From assembly GCA_964599285.1 (NCBI GenBank), contig CAZREI010000001.1:34562-98561 (forward strand): a DNA stretch of 64,000 nucleotides. Direction: 5' to 3'. A program made the position numbers and the translations under genes. The notes beneath the pieces were generated by a model. The model saw only the letters and a list, made by a program, of their open reading frames with translations, made no database searches and was not told where the DNA came from. Source of the stretch: an uncultured Candidatus Saccharibacteria bacterium (lineage in GTDB: Bacteria > Patescibacteriota > Minisyncoccia > Minisyncoccales > Staskawiczbacteraceae). This document shows, piece by piece, positions 17,090 to 25,610 of the stretch (within the stretch, counting starts at the first letter, position 1; every line of letters begins with the position of its first letter).

Positions 17090-19717
17090 ATGCCCCAATC
17101 CGCAGCGGTTTTTGAATTTACTTCTTATACATTTGAACCCGATAAAAAAAGGGTTCTTTTCCGTTACACCACCAAATTTAAGGATCGACCACCGCTGCGT
17201 TTTACCGAAACTATTTTGTTGCCAAAGATTCCCAACCTTGATCGCATTCCGCCAGAACCTTTAAAAAAACTCCTCCAAAGCCTGCACTTAATACTGGGCA
17301 TCAGTTATTACAAGTTTTATTGCCCGCCCGCCGTAGCCTTGGCGAAGGAGGATGCGAAACTGTCAAAACAAGAAGCCGAGTTTTGGAACATCGTATACAA
17401 AAAAGGCCTTGGCGAATTTTTTTACAAAAACAATCTGAATCCAAACCGCGCTCCAAAATTTCCGTACGGGGTAACCCGTAACCAGGAACCCGTAACCAGT
17501 AAATTACGCGTTACGGGTTACGCGTTACCGGTTACCAAAAGATCTCTCGTGGGCATCGGGGGAGGAAAAGACTCCATCGTCGCCGCGGAATTATTGAAAG
17601 AAGGCGGGTTTGACGCCACCGCGTTTTACGTTCAAACCAGCAGCGACTCATCGCTGGTAAATAGCATCATCAAAAAAACTGGCCTGCCGTCGCTGAAAAT
17701 TCGACGATTGCTAGACGAAAAAGTGCATCAACCTCATCTTTATGATGGCCATGTTCCCGTGTCAGCCATCCTGGCATTTTTGGGATTTTTTGCCGGCATA
17801 CTTTACGGTTTTGATTATGTCATCGTGGGCAACGAATACAGCAGTAACTTTGGCAACCTCAAATACAAAGGTTTAGACATTAACCACCAGTGGAGCAAGT
17901 CGTTTGAATTTGAAACGCTTTTTCAAACCTATGTAAAAACTTTCATCACGCCTGACATAACCTATTTTTCTTTGCTGCGGCGGTTTTACGAAATCCGGAT
18001 TGTAAAATTGTTTGCAAGTCATAAAAAATATTTTCCGCATTTTTCAAGCTGCAATTCCAATTTCAGAATCGCGGAATCACGCGGAAATTTACGCGGAAAA
18101 ATGCGGAATAAATGGTGTGGTCGATGTGCTAAGTGTGTTTTTGTATTTACACTTCTGTCGGCGTTTTTACCAAAAAAAGAATTGGTTAACATTTTTAAAA
18201 AAAACTTGTACCAAGATAAAACTCTCCTGCCATTATTTAAAGATATTTTGGGATTTGGCGCGATGAAACCTTTTGATTGCGTCGGCACGTTTGAAGAAGC
18301 GCAAACCGCGATGTGGCTGGCCAAAAAAAGATTCGCCCGTGATTTTATTATGCGACAACTTGGCCGGCGCGTAACATTTCACCAAGAAGTTTTTACGACC
18401 AACAAAAACGCCCGCATTCCCGAACAGTTTACTTTCTTGGGAATGGATAGCACGTTGATAGCCGGATTTGGCAACGAGGGAAGTGCTACCAAGAAATACC
18501 TTGAAAAATATTACCCAAAATTAAAACTTGGGATAGCCGAAATATATAAAAATAGGGAAGTGTTCCGCGTAGTTCCGCGTGAATTTCCGCGTAGTTCCGC
18601 GGCTTTTGATCTGGCAATCAAAACTCCAGGCATCAAAAAAGAACTGATTAAAATTCCGTACACCACCGCCACCAATATTTTTTTCTCAAATATTTCCGGC
18701 AAATATCTTACTATCGGCGTTACCGGCAGCAAAGGAAAAAGCACCACCGCGTCACTCATTTTTCATATCTTAAAAACCGCCGGAAAAAATGTTCACCCCG
18801 TTAAATCCGCCAAAAGCGGTGTTTCGCAAACTGCGAAACAATTTAACAGGGTAAAACTATTGGGCAACATTGGAAAACCCATGCTAGAAAATTTGCTCCA
18901 TCCTATAGCAAAAAATACCATTTTTGTCCTGGAACTTTCCAGTTACCAGTTAGATGACCTGCGGTTTTCTCCCGATATTGCCGTGGTGACAAATTTATTT
19001 CCGGAGCACTTGGATTTTCACGGTAGTCTTCAACATTATTACGATGCCAAAAAAAATATCATCCGCTACCAGCAGCCCGACCAATATTTTGTCTACGATA
19101 AAAAAACTGAACCGTGGCTAAAAGAATATCGAGGCAAGCCGGTGCCATTTGCCAAAACAATTCCGGTTCCAAAACACCAAATTCCATTATTGGGTCAGCA
19201 CAATGAAAGCAACATTAAAGCGGCCATCGCCGTCGCTCGGATTTTAAAAATTCCGGAAGCAAAAATAAAAAAAGCCATTAAATGTTTTAAAGGCTTACCG
19301 CATCGATTAGAAAACGTAGGAACATTTAAGGGAATTATTTTTTACGACGACGCCATTTCCACCACGCCCGAATCAACCATCATGGCCATCAAAGCCTTGC
19401 CAGGCGTGCAAACTATTTTTTTGGGAGGCAGCGACCGCGGCTACGATTTTTCGCAGTTGGAAAAAACCTTAAAACAATATAAAATAAAGAACGTGGTGCT
19501 GTTTCCCGACACCGGCTCGCGCATCATAAAAAACACCAAGGGTTTGAATATTCTAAAAACTCGCAGCATGGAAAAAGCGATTGCCTTCGCCTACAAACAC
19601 ACCACACCAGGACACATCTGTTTATTGTCCTGCGCATCGCCCAGCTATTCATTATGGAAAAACTTTGAACACAAAGGCACCCAATTTACCAGATTGGTAA
19701 AAAAGTTGGCTAAGTAG
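17090..19717 (+). CDS. murD: fusion protein: PP-loop-like N-terminal domain (possible MurL-type epimerase) plus UDP-MurNAc-L-Ala--Glu ligase MurD
   Basis: The C-terminal half carries 'IGVTGSKGKSTTASL', 'LELSSYQLDD', 'NLFPEHLDFHGS' and 'GLPHRLE'. The N-terminal ~455 aa carry 'VGIGGGKDSIVAAELL' and 'WCGRCAKC'. Confidence 0.85.
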   Translation: MPQSAAVFEFTSYTFEPDKKRVLFRYTTKFKDRPPLRFTETILLPKIPNLDRIPPEPLKKLLQSLHLILGISYYKFYCPPAVALAKEDAKLSKQEAEFWNIVYKKGLGEFFYKNNLNPNRAPKFPYGVTRNQEPVTSKLRVTGYALPVTKRSLVGIGGGKDSIVAAELLKEGGFDATAFYVQTSSDSSLVNSIIKKTGLPSLKIRRLLDEKVHQPHLYDGHVPVSAILAFLGFFAGILYGFDYVIVGNEYSSNFGNLKYKGLDINHQWSKSFEFETLFQTYVKTFITPDITYFSLLRRFYEIRIVKLFASHKKYFPHFSSCNSNFRIAESRGNLRGKMRNKWCGRCAKCVFVFTLLSAFLPKKELVNIFKKNLYQDKTLLPLFKDILGFGAMKPFDCVGTFEEAQTAMWLAKKRFARDFIMRQLGRRVTFHQEVFTTNKNARIPEQFTFLGMDSTLIAGFGNEGSATKKYLEKYYPKLKLGIAEIYKNREVFRVVPREFPRSSAAFDLAIKTPGIKKELIKIPYTTATNIFFSNISGKYLTIGVTGSKGKSTTASLIFHILKTAGKNVHPVKSAKSGVSQTAKQFNRVKLLGNIGKPMLENLLHPIAKNTIFVLELSSYQLDDLRFSPDIAVVTNLFPEHLDFHGSLQHYYDAKKNIIRYQQPDQYFVYDKKTEPWLKEYRGKPVPFAKTIPVPKHQIPLLGQHNESNIKAAIAVARILKIPEAKIKKAIKCFKGLPHRLENVGTFKGIIFYDDAISTTPESTIMAIKALPGVQTIFLGGSDRGYDFSQLEKTLKQYKIKNVVLFPDTGSRIIKNTKGLNILKTRSMEKAIAFAYKHTTPGHICLLSCASPSYSLWKNFEHKGTQFTRLVKKLAK
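17464..17536. repeat. intragenic in-frame hairpin (CGTAAC/GTTACG words)
   Basis: 'ggtaacccgtaaccaggaacccgtaacc...gttacgggttacgcgttaccggttacc' encodes 'GVTRNQEPVTSKLRVTGYALPVT'. Confidence 0.7.
18067..18113 (+). repeat. intragenic array of 4x CGCGGAA
   Basis: 'aatcgcggaatcacgcggaaatttacgcggaaaaatgcggaa' encodes 'ESRGNLRGKMRN'. Confidence 0.7.
18558..18602 (-). repeat. intragenic array of 4x TTCCGCG (inverse of the 18067 array)
   Basis: 'ttccgcgtagttccgcgtgaatttccgcgtagttccgcgg' encodes 'FRVVPREFPRSSA'. Confidence 0.7.
18796..18851. repeat. intragenic in-frame compound hairpin
   Basis: Outer stem ccccgttaaat/atttaacaggg with inner hairpins ccgc-caaaa-gcgg and tgtttcgc-aaact-gcgaaaca. Encodes 'HPVKSAKSGVSQTAKQFNRV' between the MurD P-loop helix and 'LLGNIG'. 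Confidence 0.7.
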
Positions 19718-19720
19718 AAC

Positions 19721-19806
19721 TGGCTACCAAATACGAATCTGTACGAATATACCAATAACCAAAGCGTTTTCATTCGTATATTCGTACAGATTCGTATTTG
19801 GTAGCA
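19721..19806. repeat. family D (TACGAATAT-word) long hairpin, copy 1
   Basis: Perfect 29-bp stem gctaccaaatacgaatctgtacgaatata / tatattcgtacagattcgtatttggtagc. It ends 3 nt before the ftsW start. Confidence 0.85.
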
Positions 19807-19808
19807 TA

Positions 19809-20936
19809 GTGATGAAGCAACACATAAATTATTATTTTTTAGGATTATCCATTATTCTTTCCGGATTCGGTCTGCTGTTTTTATCAACCCTTTCGGCCAT
19901 CGCCTCGCTGCAAGTGTTTGGCAACACTAACCACTATTTATTCCACCAATTAATTGCCCTGGTCATTGGCATTGTTGCCGGCATCATCATATTTTTTCTG
20001 CCGCTGGGATTTTTAAAAAAACTGTCGCCGATATTGCTGGTAATAAATGTTTTGGGATTGGTGGTGGTATTTTTGCCATTTTTGGGAACCAAATTTTGGG
20101 GTGCTTCGCGCTGGATTAGCGTGGGAGACACCACCTTCCAACCTTCGGAATTTTTTAAAATCACCATCATTTTATTTTTTGCCAGCTGGCTTGCCAGCAA
20201 GTTCTCCGAGTCATCAAAAAGAGGCTTTGGATTTAAAATAAAAAAAGAGTACGATAATCTGGTAAAAGTATTTGTGCCTTTTGTTATTTTTTTGGCCATC
20301 ATCGCCGCCATTTTTTATTTACAAAAAGACATCAGCACGCTGGGCATTATCATGGTGGCGCTCTTGGGAATGTACTTTATTGCTGGCACGCCGATTTGGC
20401 ACACGCTGACATTGCTAGTGGTTGGAGTGTCAGGTGCGGCGCTGGTTATTATTAAAGAACCTTATCGCTTAAACCGTTTGCTGATATTTTTGCATCCGGA
20501 CGCCGACCCTTTGGGCAAAGGATTACAATTAAAACAGTCACTCATTGCCCTGGGATCAGGTGGTTGGTTTGGAAAGGGGCTTGGCATGTCCACCCAAAAA
20601 TTCGGCTTTTTGCCCCAAGCCATGTCGGACTCTATTTTTGCCATTTTGGGAGAGGAACTGGGCATCATCGGTTGCGCTATTTTGGTGCTGGCATTTTTAG
20701 CATTTTTGTATTTGGGATTTAAAATCTCGCGCCAATCAACTGATTCATTTGCTCGCCTGACCGCCGTTGGCATCACCCTGTGGATTGTGTTTCAGGCGTT
20801 TTTCAACATAGCCTCAACCCTGGGGTTGTTTCCACTAAGCGGCATTCCGCTGCCATTTTTTTCTTACGGAGGCTCGCACATCATAGCGGAACTGATGGGA
20901 GTGGGGTTGATGTTGAATATCTCTAAGAACGGGTAA
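19809..20936 (+). CDS. ftsW: SEDS-family peptidoglycan glycosyltransferase FtsW/RodA
   Basis: Multi-TM protein with 'GGWFGKGLGMS', 'SDSIFAILGEELG' and 'PLPFFSYGGS'. Confidence 0.9.
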   Translation: MMKQHINYYFLGLSIILSGFGLLFLSTLSAIASLQVFGNTNHYLFHQLIALVIGIVAGIIIFFLPLGFLKKLSPILLVINVLGLVVVFLPFLGTKFWGASRWISVGDTTFQPSEFFKITIILFFASWLASKFSESSKRGFGFKIKKEYDNLVKVFVPFVIFLAIIAAIFYLQKDISTLGIIMVALLGMYFIAGTPIWHTLTLLVVGVSGAALVIIKEPYRLNRLLIFLHPDADPLGKGLQLKQSLIALGSGGWFGKGLGMSTQKFGFLPQAMSDSIFAILGEELGIIGCAILVLAFLAFLYLGFKISRQSTDSFARLTAVGITLWIVFQAFFNIASTLGLFPLSGIPLPFFSYGGSHIIAELMGVGLMLNISKNG

Positions 20937-21020
20937 GTGGCTTGATTTACGATTTATGATTTAGGATTTATGAATCCGTAAAAAAACGACGCCTCATCAT
21001 TCTGATTTGGCGCCCTGTTA

Positions 21021-21287
21021 TTAGAGCTTCTTGCCACACTCTGTGCAATAAATGCTTCTTGCCTCTTCAGGAAGTTCGCACTCGTCCTCTTTTTCGGTTT
21101 GATGGTATTTATGCGGGTCAGCGTCATGACGCTCCTGTTCGGAATTCTCCTCTCTTATTTCTAATGCATCCAAATTGGGCGGAAGAGGAAGAAGTTTACC
21201 ACATTGCCGACAATACCTATCATAGTTACCGATGGGCCAATGACAGTTTGGGCATTCTTGAATATTGATTTCATCAAATAAGACCAT
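21021..21287 (-). CDS. small double zinc-ribbon protein
   Basis: 'CPNCHWPIGNYDRYCRQCG' and 'CTECGKKL' separated by an acidic linker. Confidence 0.5.
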   Translation of the reverse strand: MVLFDEINIQECPNCHWPIGNYDRYCRQCGKLLPLPPNLDALEIREENSEQERHDADPHKYHQTEKEDECELPEEARSIYCTECGKKL

Positions 21288-21399
21288 ATGGCCTCCTGGT
21301 TAAGAAAGAGCAAATAGTAACCTTTTGTACTTTAGTACATTAAAATAATAATGTCAAGTCTTTTATGGCTCTGCCAAGTTTGATAACATGAACGAACAA

Positions 21400-21463
21400 G
21401 ATTGCCGCGCTGCGGCCTCGGCCAGCTGAGCTGGCCAGACCCGCTCAGCGGGTCGCAATGACG
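21400..21463. repeat. family C element
   Basis: 'gattgccgcgctgcggcctcggccagctgagctggccagacccgctcagcgggtcgcaatgacg'. Confidence 0.75.
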
Positions 21464-21464
21464 T

Positions 21465-21536
21465 TACGTATTAGCAATTTTGTAGATTAGCATAAGATTT
21501 GTAGATTTGCATTGCCCTTATTAGCATTACAATTAT
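21465..21536. repeat. family G arm (GCAAATCTACAAATCT words)
   Basis: 'attagcaattttgtagattagcataagatttgtagatttgcattgccc' is near-identical to 33780-33826. It abuts the murG ATG. Confidence 0.7.
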
Positions 21537-22649
21537 ATGAAAATACTTTTTACCGGTGGGGGAACGGGCGGCCACTTGTTTCCCGTCATTGCCATCGCCC
21601 GGGAACTCAAGCGCTTGTCGCAGGACCCGTCCATTAGCCTGCACTACATTGGTCCCGCGGACAGATTGGGCAGCGCGGTTTTGGCCCAGGAAAACATTGC
21701 CATTCATTCCATTGTTGCCGGAAAACTGCGCAACTATTTTTCTTTACAAAATATCAGCGACGCGCTTTTTTTTATTCCCCTTGGATTTTTGCAAAGCTTT
21801 TTTTTGTTGCTTTTTATCCGACCCAATCTGGTTTTCAGCAAAGGCGGCACCGGATCGGCCCAGGTGGTACTGGCCGCCAGAATTTTGGCCATCCCGATAT
21901 TCATTCACGAATCCGATTCGGTAGCCGGCCGCGCCAACAAGCTGGCCTATTCGTGGGCCAAAAAAGTGTTTGCCTCATTTGAAAAAACTGATTACTTTGA
22001 CCCGTCAAAATCCGTGGTAGTGGGCAACCCGATATTAAAAGAAATCACCGAAGGTGACAAAAAAACCGCAAAAGATATTTTCAATCTTGCACTGCAAAAA
22101 CCGGTTTTACTCTTTTTGGGAGGTTCGCAAGGCGCCCAGCCCATCAACGATTTTATCCTTGGCATTTTGCAGGATCTGACAAGAAGTTACCAGGTCATCC
22201 ATGTCTGTGGCAAAAAAAATGAAACAGCAGTCAAAGAAGAGTCTGACGTGATTTTGACTGGCGACGCAAAAGCGCAATACCATGTTTTTGGATTCCTCAA
22301 TGAAATAGAACTAAAACATGCCTTCGCCGTCGCGGACTTGGTGGTTTCGCGGGGCGGGTCGGGCAGCATTTTTGAAATCGCCGCTTGCGGCAAACCCAGC
22401 ATTATTATTCCTTTGCCATCATCGGCCAACAACCACCAAGCCAAAAATGCCTATGCGTACGCCAAAAATGGCGCGGCGCTGATCATAGAACAAGACAACC
22501 TGACCCCAAACTTTTTTCTGGAAAAACTGCGCAATTATTTTTCACATCCGGAAGAGTTGGAAAGCATGAGCCAAGCCGCCCTGCAATTTGCCAAGCCACT
22601 GGCAGCCAAAGCGATTGCAAGAGAAATCTTGGAATTTCTCAATGCGTAA
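21537..22649 (+). CDS. murG: UDP-GlcNAc:lipid I N-acetylglucosaminyltransferase MurG
   Basis: 'KILFTGGGTGGHLFPVIAIA', 'RGGSGSIFEIAACGKPSIIIPLP' and 'HQAKNA'. Confidence 0.9.
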   Translation: MKILFTGGGTGGHLFPVIAIARELKRLSQDPSISLHYIGPADRLGSAVLAQENIAIHSIVAGKLRNYFSLQNISDALFFIPLGFLQSFFLLLFIRPNLVFSKGGTGSAQVVLAARILAIPIFIHESDSVAGRANKLAYSWAKKVFASFEKTDYFDPSKSVVVGNPILKEITEGDKKTAKDIFNLALQKPVLLFLGGSQGAQPINDFILGILQDLTRSYQVIHVCGKKNETAVKEESDVILTGDAKAQYHVFGFLNEIELKHAFAVADLVVSRGGSGSIFEIAACGKPSIIIPLPSSANNHQAKNAYAYAKNGAALIIEQDNLTPNFFLEKLRNYFSHPEELESMSQAALQFAKPLAAKAIAREILEFLNA

Positions 22650-22788
22650 TTGATCTAATTAACCTAATTATTCTAATTGATCTAATCAAATCCCAATGCC
22701 AAAATGTCCAAACCGTTTTAGCAATTAGTCATTCACGTTTTTAGACATTCCTTAGAATAATTAGGTTAATTAGAACAATTAGAATAAT
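22648..22788 (+). repeat. family F long hairpin (AATTAGAATAATT arms), copy 1
   Basis: Arms 'taattaacctaattattctaattg' and 'cttagaataattaggttaattagaacaattagaataatt'. It ends 7 nt before the gltX ATG. Confidence 0.8.
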
Positions 22789-22795
22789 TTAAAAA

Positions 22796-24265
22796 ATGAG
22801 AGAGAAAAAATCAAAAGTAAAAATAAATGATATTCGCGTGCGCTTTGCTCCCTCTCCCACCGGTCCTTTGCACATTGGTGGCGCTCGCACGGCGCTGTTT
22901 AATTACCTGTTTGCCAAACAACACAAAGGCAGCTTTTTGTTGCGCATTGAAGATACTGATAAAGAACGTTCAGATCAAAAATGGACCCAGGAAATTATTG
23001 ACGAATTACACTGGTTGGGCCTTGAGTGGCAAGAAGGTCCGGATGTGGGCGGTAAATTCGGCCCATACAAGCAATCTCAGCGGCTTGATATTTACCAAAA
23101 ATATTTAGAAAAATTATTAGCAGAAAACAAATCTTATTATTGTGATTGCAGTCCGGGAGAATTAGAAGCCAAACGCCAAGACCAGCAAAGCAGGGGACTG
23201 GCACCAAAATATGATGGCAAGTGCCGTGGTTTGCACAAAACCCAGGGCGTCATTCGGTTTCATATAGAAAATAAAAAAGTGAAATTCCACGATTTGGTGC
23301 GCGCTGATGTGGAGTTTGACATGGGACTTTTAGGTGATATTGTCATTGCCAAAAATCTGGAAACTCCGCTGTTTCACTTCACTGTTGTGGTTGATGATTT
23401 TTTGATGCAGATAAGCCACGTCATCCGCGGCGAAGAGCACCTGTCAAACACGGCCCGCCAAATACTATTGCAGGAAGCGCTAGGATTTTCGCATCCGATA
23501 TACGCGCACATTCCGCTGTTTTTAAATCCTGACCGCAGCAAAATGTCCAAACGTCAAGGGGACGTGACACTAAAGGACTACCATGACAAAGGTTATCTGC
23601 CTGAAGCGCTGATAAATTTCATGGCGCTTTTGGGCTGGAATCCGGGGACCCCTTCGACTTATCGCTCAGGGCAAGCTGAAAAAGAAATATTTACGCTTGA
23701 CCAATTGGTCAAAGAATTTTCCTTGGAAAACGTGCAAAAATCCGGTGCCATATTTAACCTGCAAAAATTGGATTACTTAAATGGCTATTATATTCGCGAA
23801 AAATCTGCGGCGGCTTTGGTGAAATTGTGTTTACCGTATTTACCGGAAAGCGCGGCCAACCTGCCTAAAAAAACGCTGGAAAAAATAGTAGAAGCATACA
23901 AAGCGCGGCTAAAAAAACTTTCCGATATTACCGAACTAACAAATTTTTTCTTTCAAGAAAAATTATCATACGACAAAAAATTATTAGCCTGGCAAAAAAT
24001 GGGGGATAGGGAAGTGAGGGAATCATTGGAGCATTCACAAAAAGTTTTATCATCGGCAAAAAAATGGGACAAAAAAGGTTTGGAAGAATTACTGGTCAAA
24101 GAAGCTGAAAAATTCAATCCAAAAAGCAAAGGAAATTTGCTGTGGCCGCTAAGAGTAGCCTTGTCTGGAAAAGAAGCATCGGCCAGCCCGTTTGAAATAG
24201 CCGAAATTCTAGGCAAAGAAAAATCAATGCAAAGAATCCAAGAAGCCATAGCACTGCTTGATTAG
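22796..24265 (+). CDS. gltX: glutamyl-tRNA synthetase
   Basis: 'RFAPSPTGPLHIGGARTALFNYLFA' (HIGH) and 'KMSKRQG' (KMSKS). Confidence 0.9.
   Translation: MREKKSKVKINDIRVRFAPSPTGPLHIGGARTALFNYLFAKQHKGSFLLRIEDTDKERSDQKWTQEIIDELHWLGLEWQEGPDVGGKFGPYKQSQRLDIYQKYLEKLLAENKSYYCDCSPGELEAKRQDQQSRGLAPKYDGKCRGLHKTQGVIRFHIENKKVKFHDLVRADVEFDMGLLGDIVIAKNLETPLFHFTVVVDDFLMQISHVIRGEEHLSNTARQILLQEALGFSHPIYAHIPLFLNPDRSKMSKRQGDVTLKDYHDKGYLPEALINFMALLGWNPGTPSTYRSGQAEKEIFTLDQLVKEFSLENVQKSGAIFNLQKLDYLNGYYIREKSAAALVKLCLPYLPESAANLPKKTLEKIVEAYKARLKKLSDITELTNFFFQEKLSYDKKLLAWQKMGDREVRESLEHSQKVLSSAKKWDKKGLEELLVKEAEKFNPKSKGNLLWPLRVALSGKEASASPFEIAEILGKEKSMQRIQEAIALLD
23651..23678. repeat. intragenic in-frame repeat word in gltX
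   Basis: 'ccttcgacttatcgctcagggcaagctg' encodes 'PSTYRSGQAE', at a position where GltX proteins are usually contiguous (from memory). Confidence 0.4.
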
Positions 24266-24275
24266 AACTATCGTG

Positions 24276-24309
24276 AATGGCTAATTCGCACGAATTAGCC
24301 ATTTTTATT
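24276..24309 (+). terminator. hairpin terminator after gltX
   Basis: aatggctaattcg..cgaattagccatt followed by tttatt. Confidence 0.55.
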
Positions 24310-24360
24310 GTGCGACCCCGCTCAGCGGGGTCAAGGTCCGCTTAGCGGACCGACAGTTTG
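24304..24360 (+). repeat. family B double-hairpin element
   Basis: 'tttattgtgcgaccccgctcagcggggtcaaggtccgcttagcggaccgacagtttg'. Confidence 0.85.
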
Positions 24361-24479
24361 GCTTGGCAAAAAGATAAAACTACTCTATACTGAAGTTCAG
24401 CACCTACTACATGGCTCATCTTAGTTTTGCCTTCGCCAAACCAAAGATGCGCCATACTCATACACAGGGAGGATTTGTC

Positions 24480-25028
24480 ATGGAACGGGTAACACCACGT
24501 ACTGGAGAGAGAGAGTCATTACGGGTTCACATCCGTTGGATGATTCGGCGCGACATGCCCGAAGTACTCTGCATTGAAGAAAGTAGTTTTGATTACGCTT
24601 GGACAGATGAAGACTTCTTGCGATGTTTGCGCCAACGCCAGTGCATTGGCATGGTTGCCGAGCATGGCGAAAAAGTCCTCGGATTTTTCATAAAGGAGCT
24701 CCACCGGTCAAAATTCCACATCTTGAATTTTGCCGTCCATCCGGACTTTCGCCACCAAGGAATTGGCAGTCAAATGGCAGGCAAACTCATCAGCCAGCTC
24801 GCGAGTGAAGGCCATCCAAATCGGCGCACTATCGAATTGGAGGTACGTGAAAAAAATCTGCCGGCGCAACTCTTTTTCCGAAGCCAGGGCTTTGAAGCCA
24901 CGCGCGTACTTCGAAGTTACTACGAAGACACCGGAGAAGACGCGTTCCTGATGCGTTACCAGCTCAATGGCGCTCACATGGAAACCGAGACAAGCCGACT
25001 TGCTCAATATTTTGAAGGGCAAGATTAG
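24480..25028 (+). CDS. GNAT-family N-acetyltransferase (RimI-like)
   Basis: 'ILNFAVHPDFRHQGIGSQMAGKLI' is the acetyl-CoA motif A. SD 'gggagga' precedes ATG 24480. More GC-rich than flanking housekeeping genes. Confidence 0.8.
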   Translation: MERVTPRTGERESLRVHIRWMIRRDMPEVLCIEESSFDYAWTDEDFLRCLRQRQCIGMVAEHGEKVLGFFIKELHRSKFHILNFAVHPDFRHQGIGSQMAGKLISQLASEGHPNRRTIELEVREKNLPAQLFFRSQGFEATRVLRSYYEDTGEDAFLMRYQLNGAHMETETSRLAQYFEGQD

Positions 25029-25046
25029 AAATGGCAAATCCCGACA

Positions 25047-25080
25047 GAAGCCCTGGATTCAATTTCAGGGCTTTTTTATT
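25047..25080 (+). terminator. rho-independent terminator
   Basis: aagccctg-gattcaattt-cagggctt followed by ttttatt. Confidence 0.65.
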
Positions 25081-25119
25081 ATTTTACGGATGTGGTAAAA
25101 TACATTAACGCGTCGCAAT

Positions 25120-25174
25120 CTTATTGTGCGACTCCGCTCAGCGGAGTCAGGGTCCGCTTAGCGGACCGACAAAT
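25120..25174 (+). repeat. family B double-hairpin element
   Basis: 'cttattgtgcgactccgctcagcggagtcagggtccgcttagcggaccgacaaatg' carries a compensated hairpin variant (ACTCCGC/GCGGAGT). Confidence 0.85.
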
Positions 25175-25177
25175 GAT

Positions 25178-25516
25178 ATGGACACAAAAGCATTTTTTAA
25201 AAACTTAGCCATTATCGCCATCATCTTTGTGGTGCTTTTTTTGAGCCAACTACCTTATTTTCGACAACGGGGTAATGGAAGTAATGGCACTTACTCACAA
25301 GGAATCGCGCAGCTAAACTCCTATTGGCTCAAAGCCAACGATTGGGTCAAAGCGTATCTTGGACCCAAGGTCAGTAGGGAAGTGGCCAAGGATAAGGTCA
25401 CTGCAACCCAAGAATTTACCAAGCAAAAAGATTATTTAGTGCAAAATATTTGGGAGAAAATAAAAAATTATTTCGCACAAAAATTTTCCGCGATCTTTGG
25501 CACCAAAGTAAAGTAG
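25178..25516 (+). CDS. small membrane-anchored protein
   Basis: The start was moved out of the repeat to ATG 25178. TM helix 'LAIIAIIFVVLFLSQL'. Confidence 0.5.
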   Translation: MDTKAFFKNLAIIAIIFVVLFLSQLPYFRQRGNGSNGTYSQGIAQLNSYWLKANDWVKAYLGPKVSREVAKDKVTATQEFTKQKDYLVQNIWEKIKNYFAQKFSAIFGTKVK

Positions 25517-25524
25517 GGTATGTC

Positions 25525-25553
25525 TTGACAGGGCTTTTTGCAGAGCTTATCAT
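25525..25553 (+). promoter_or_regulatory. candidate sigma70-type promoter for the recombinase gene
   Basis: TTGACA (25525-25530), a 17-nt spacer, then TATCAT (25548-25553). Confidence 0.4.
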
Positions 25554-25610
25554 GGATAATAGTAGTTCGCATAATTATAGTTAAGCGTACCATAAGAGGC
25601 CCTTAAACAT

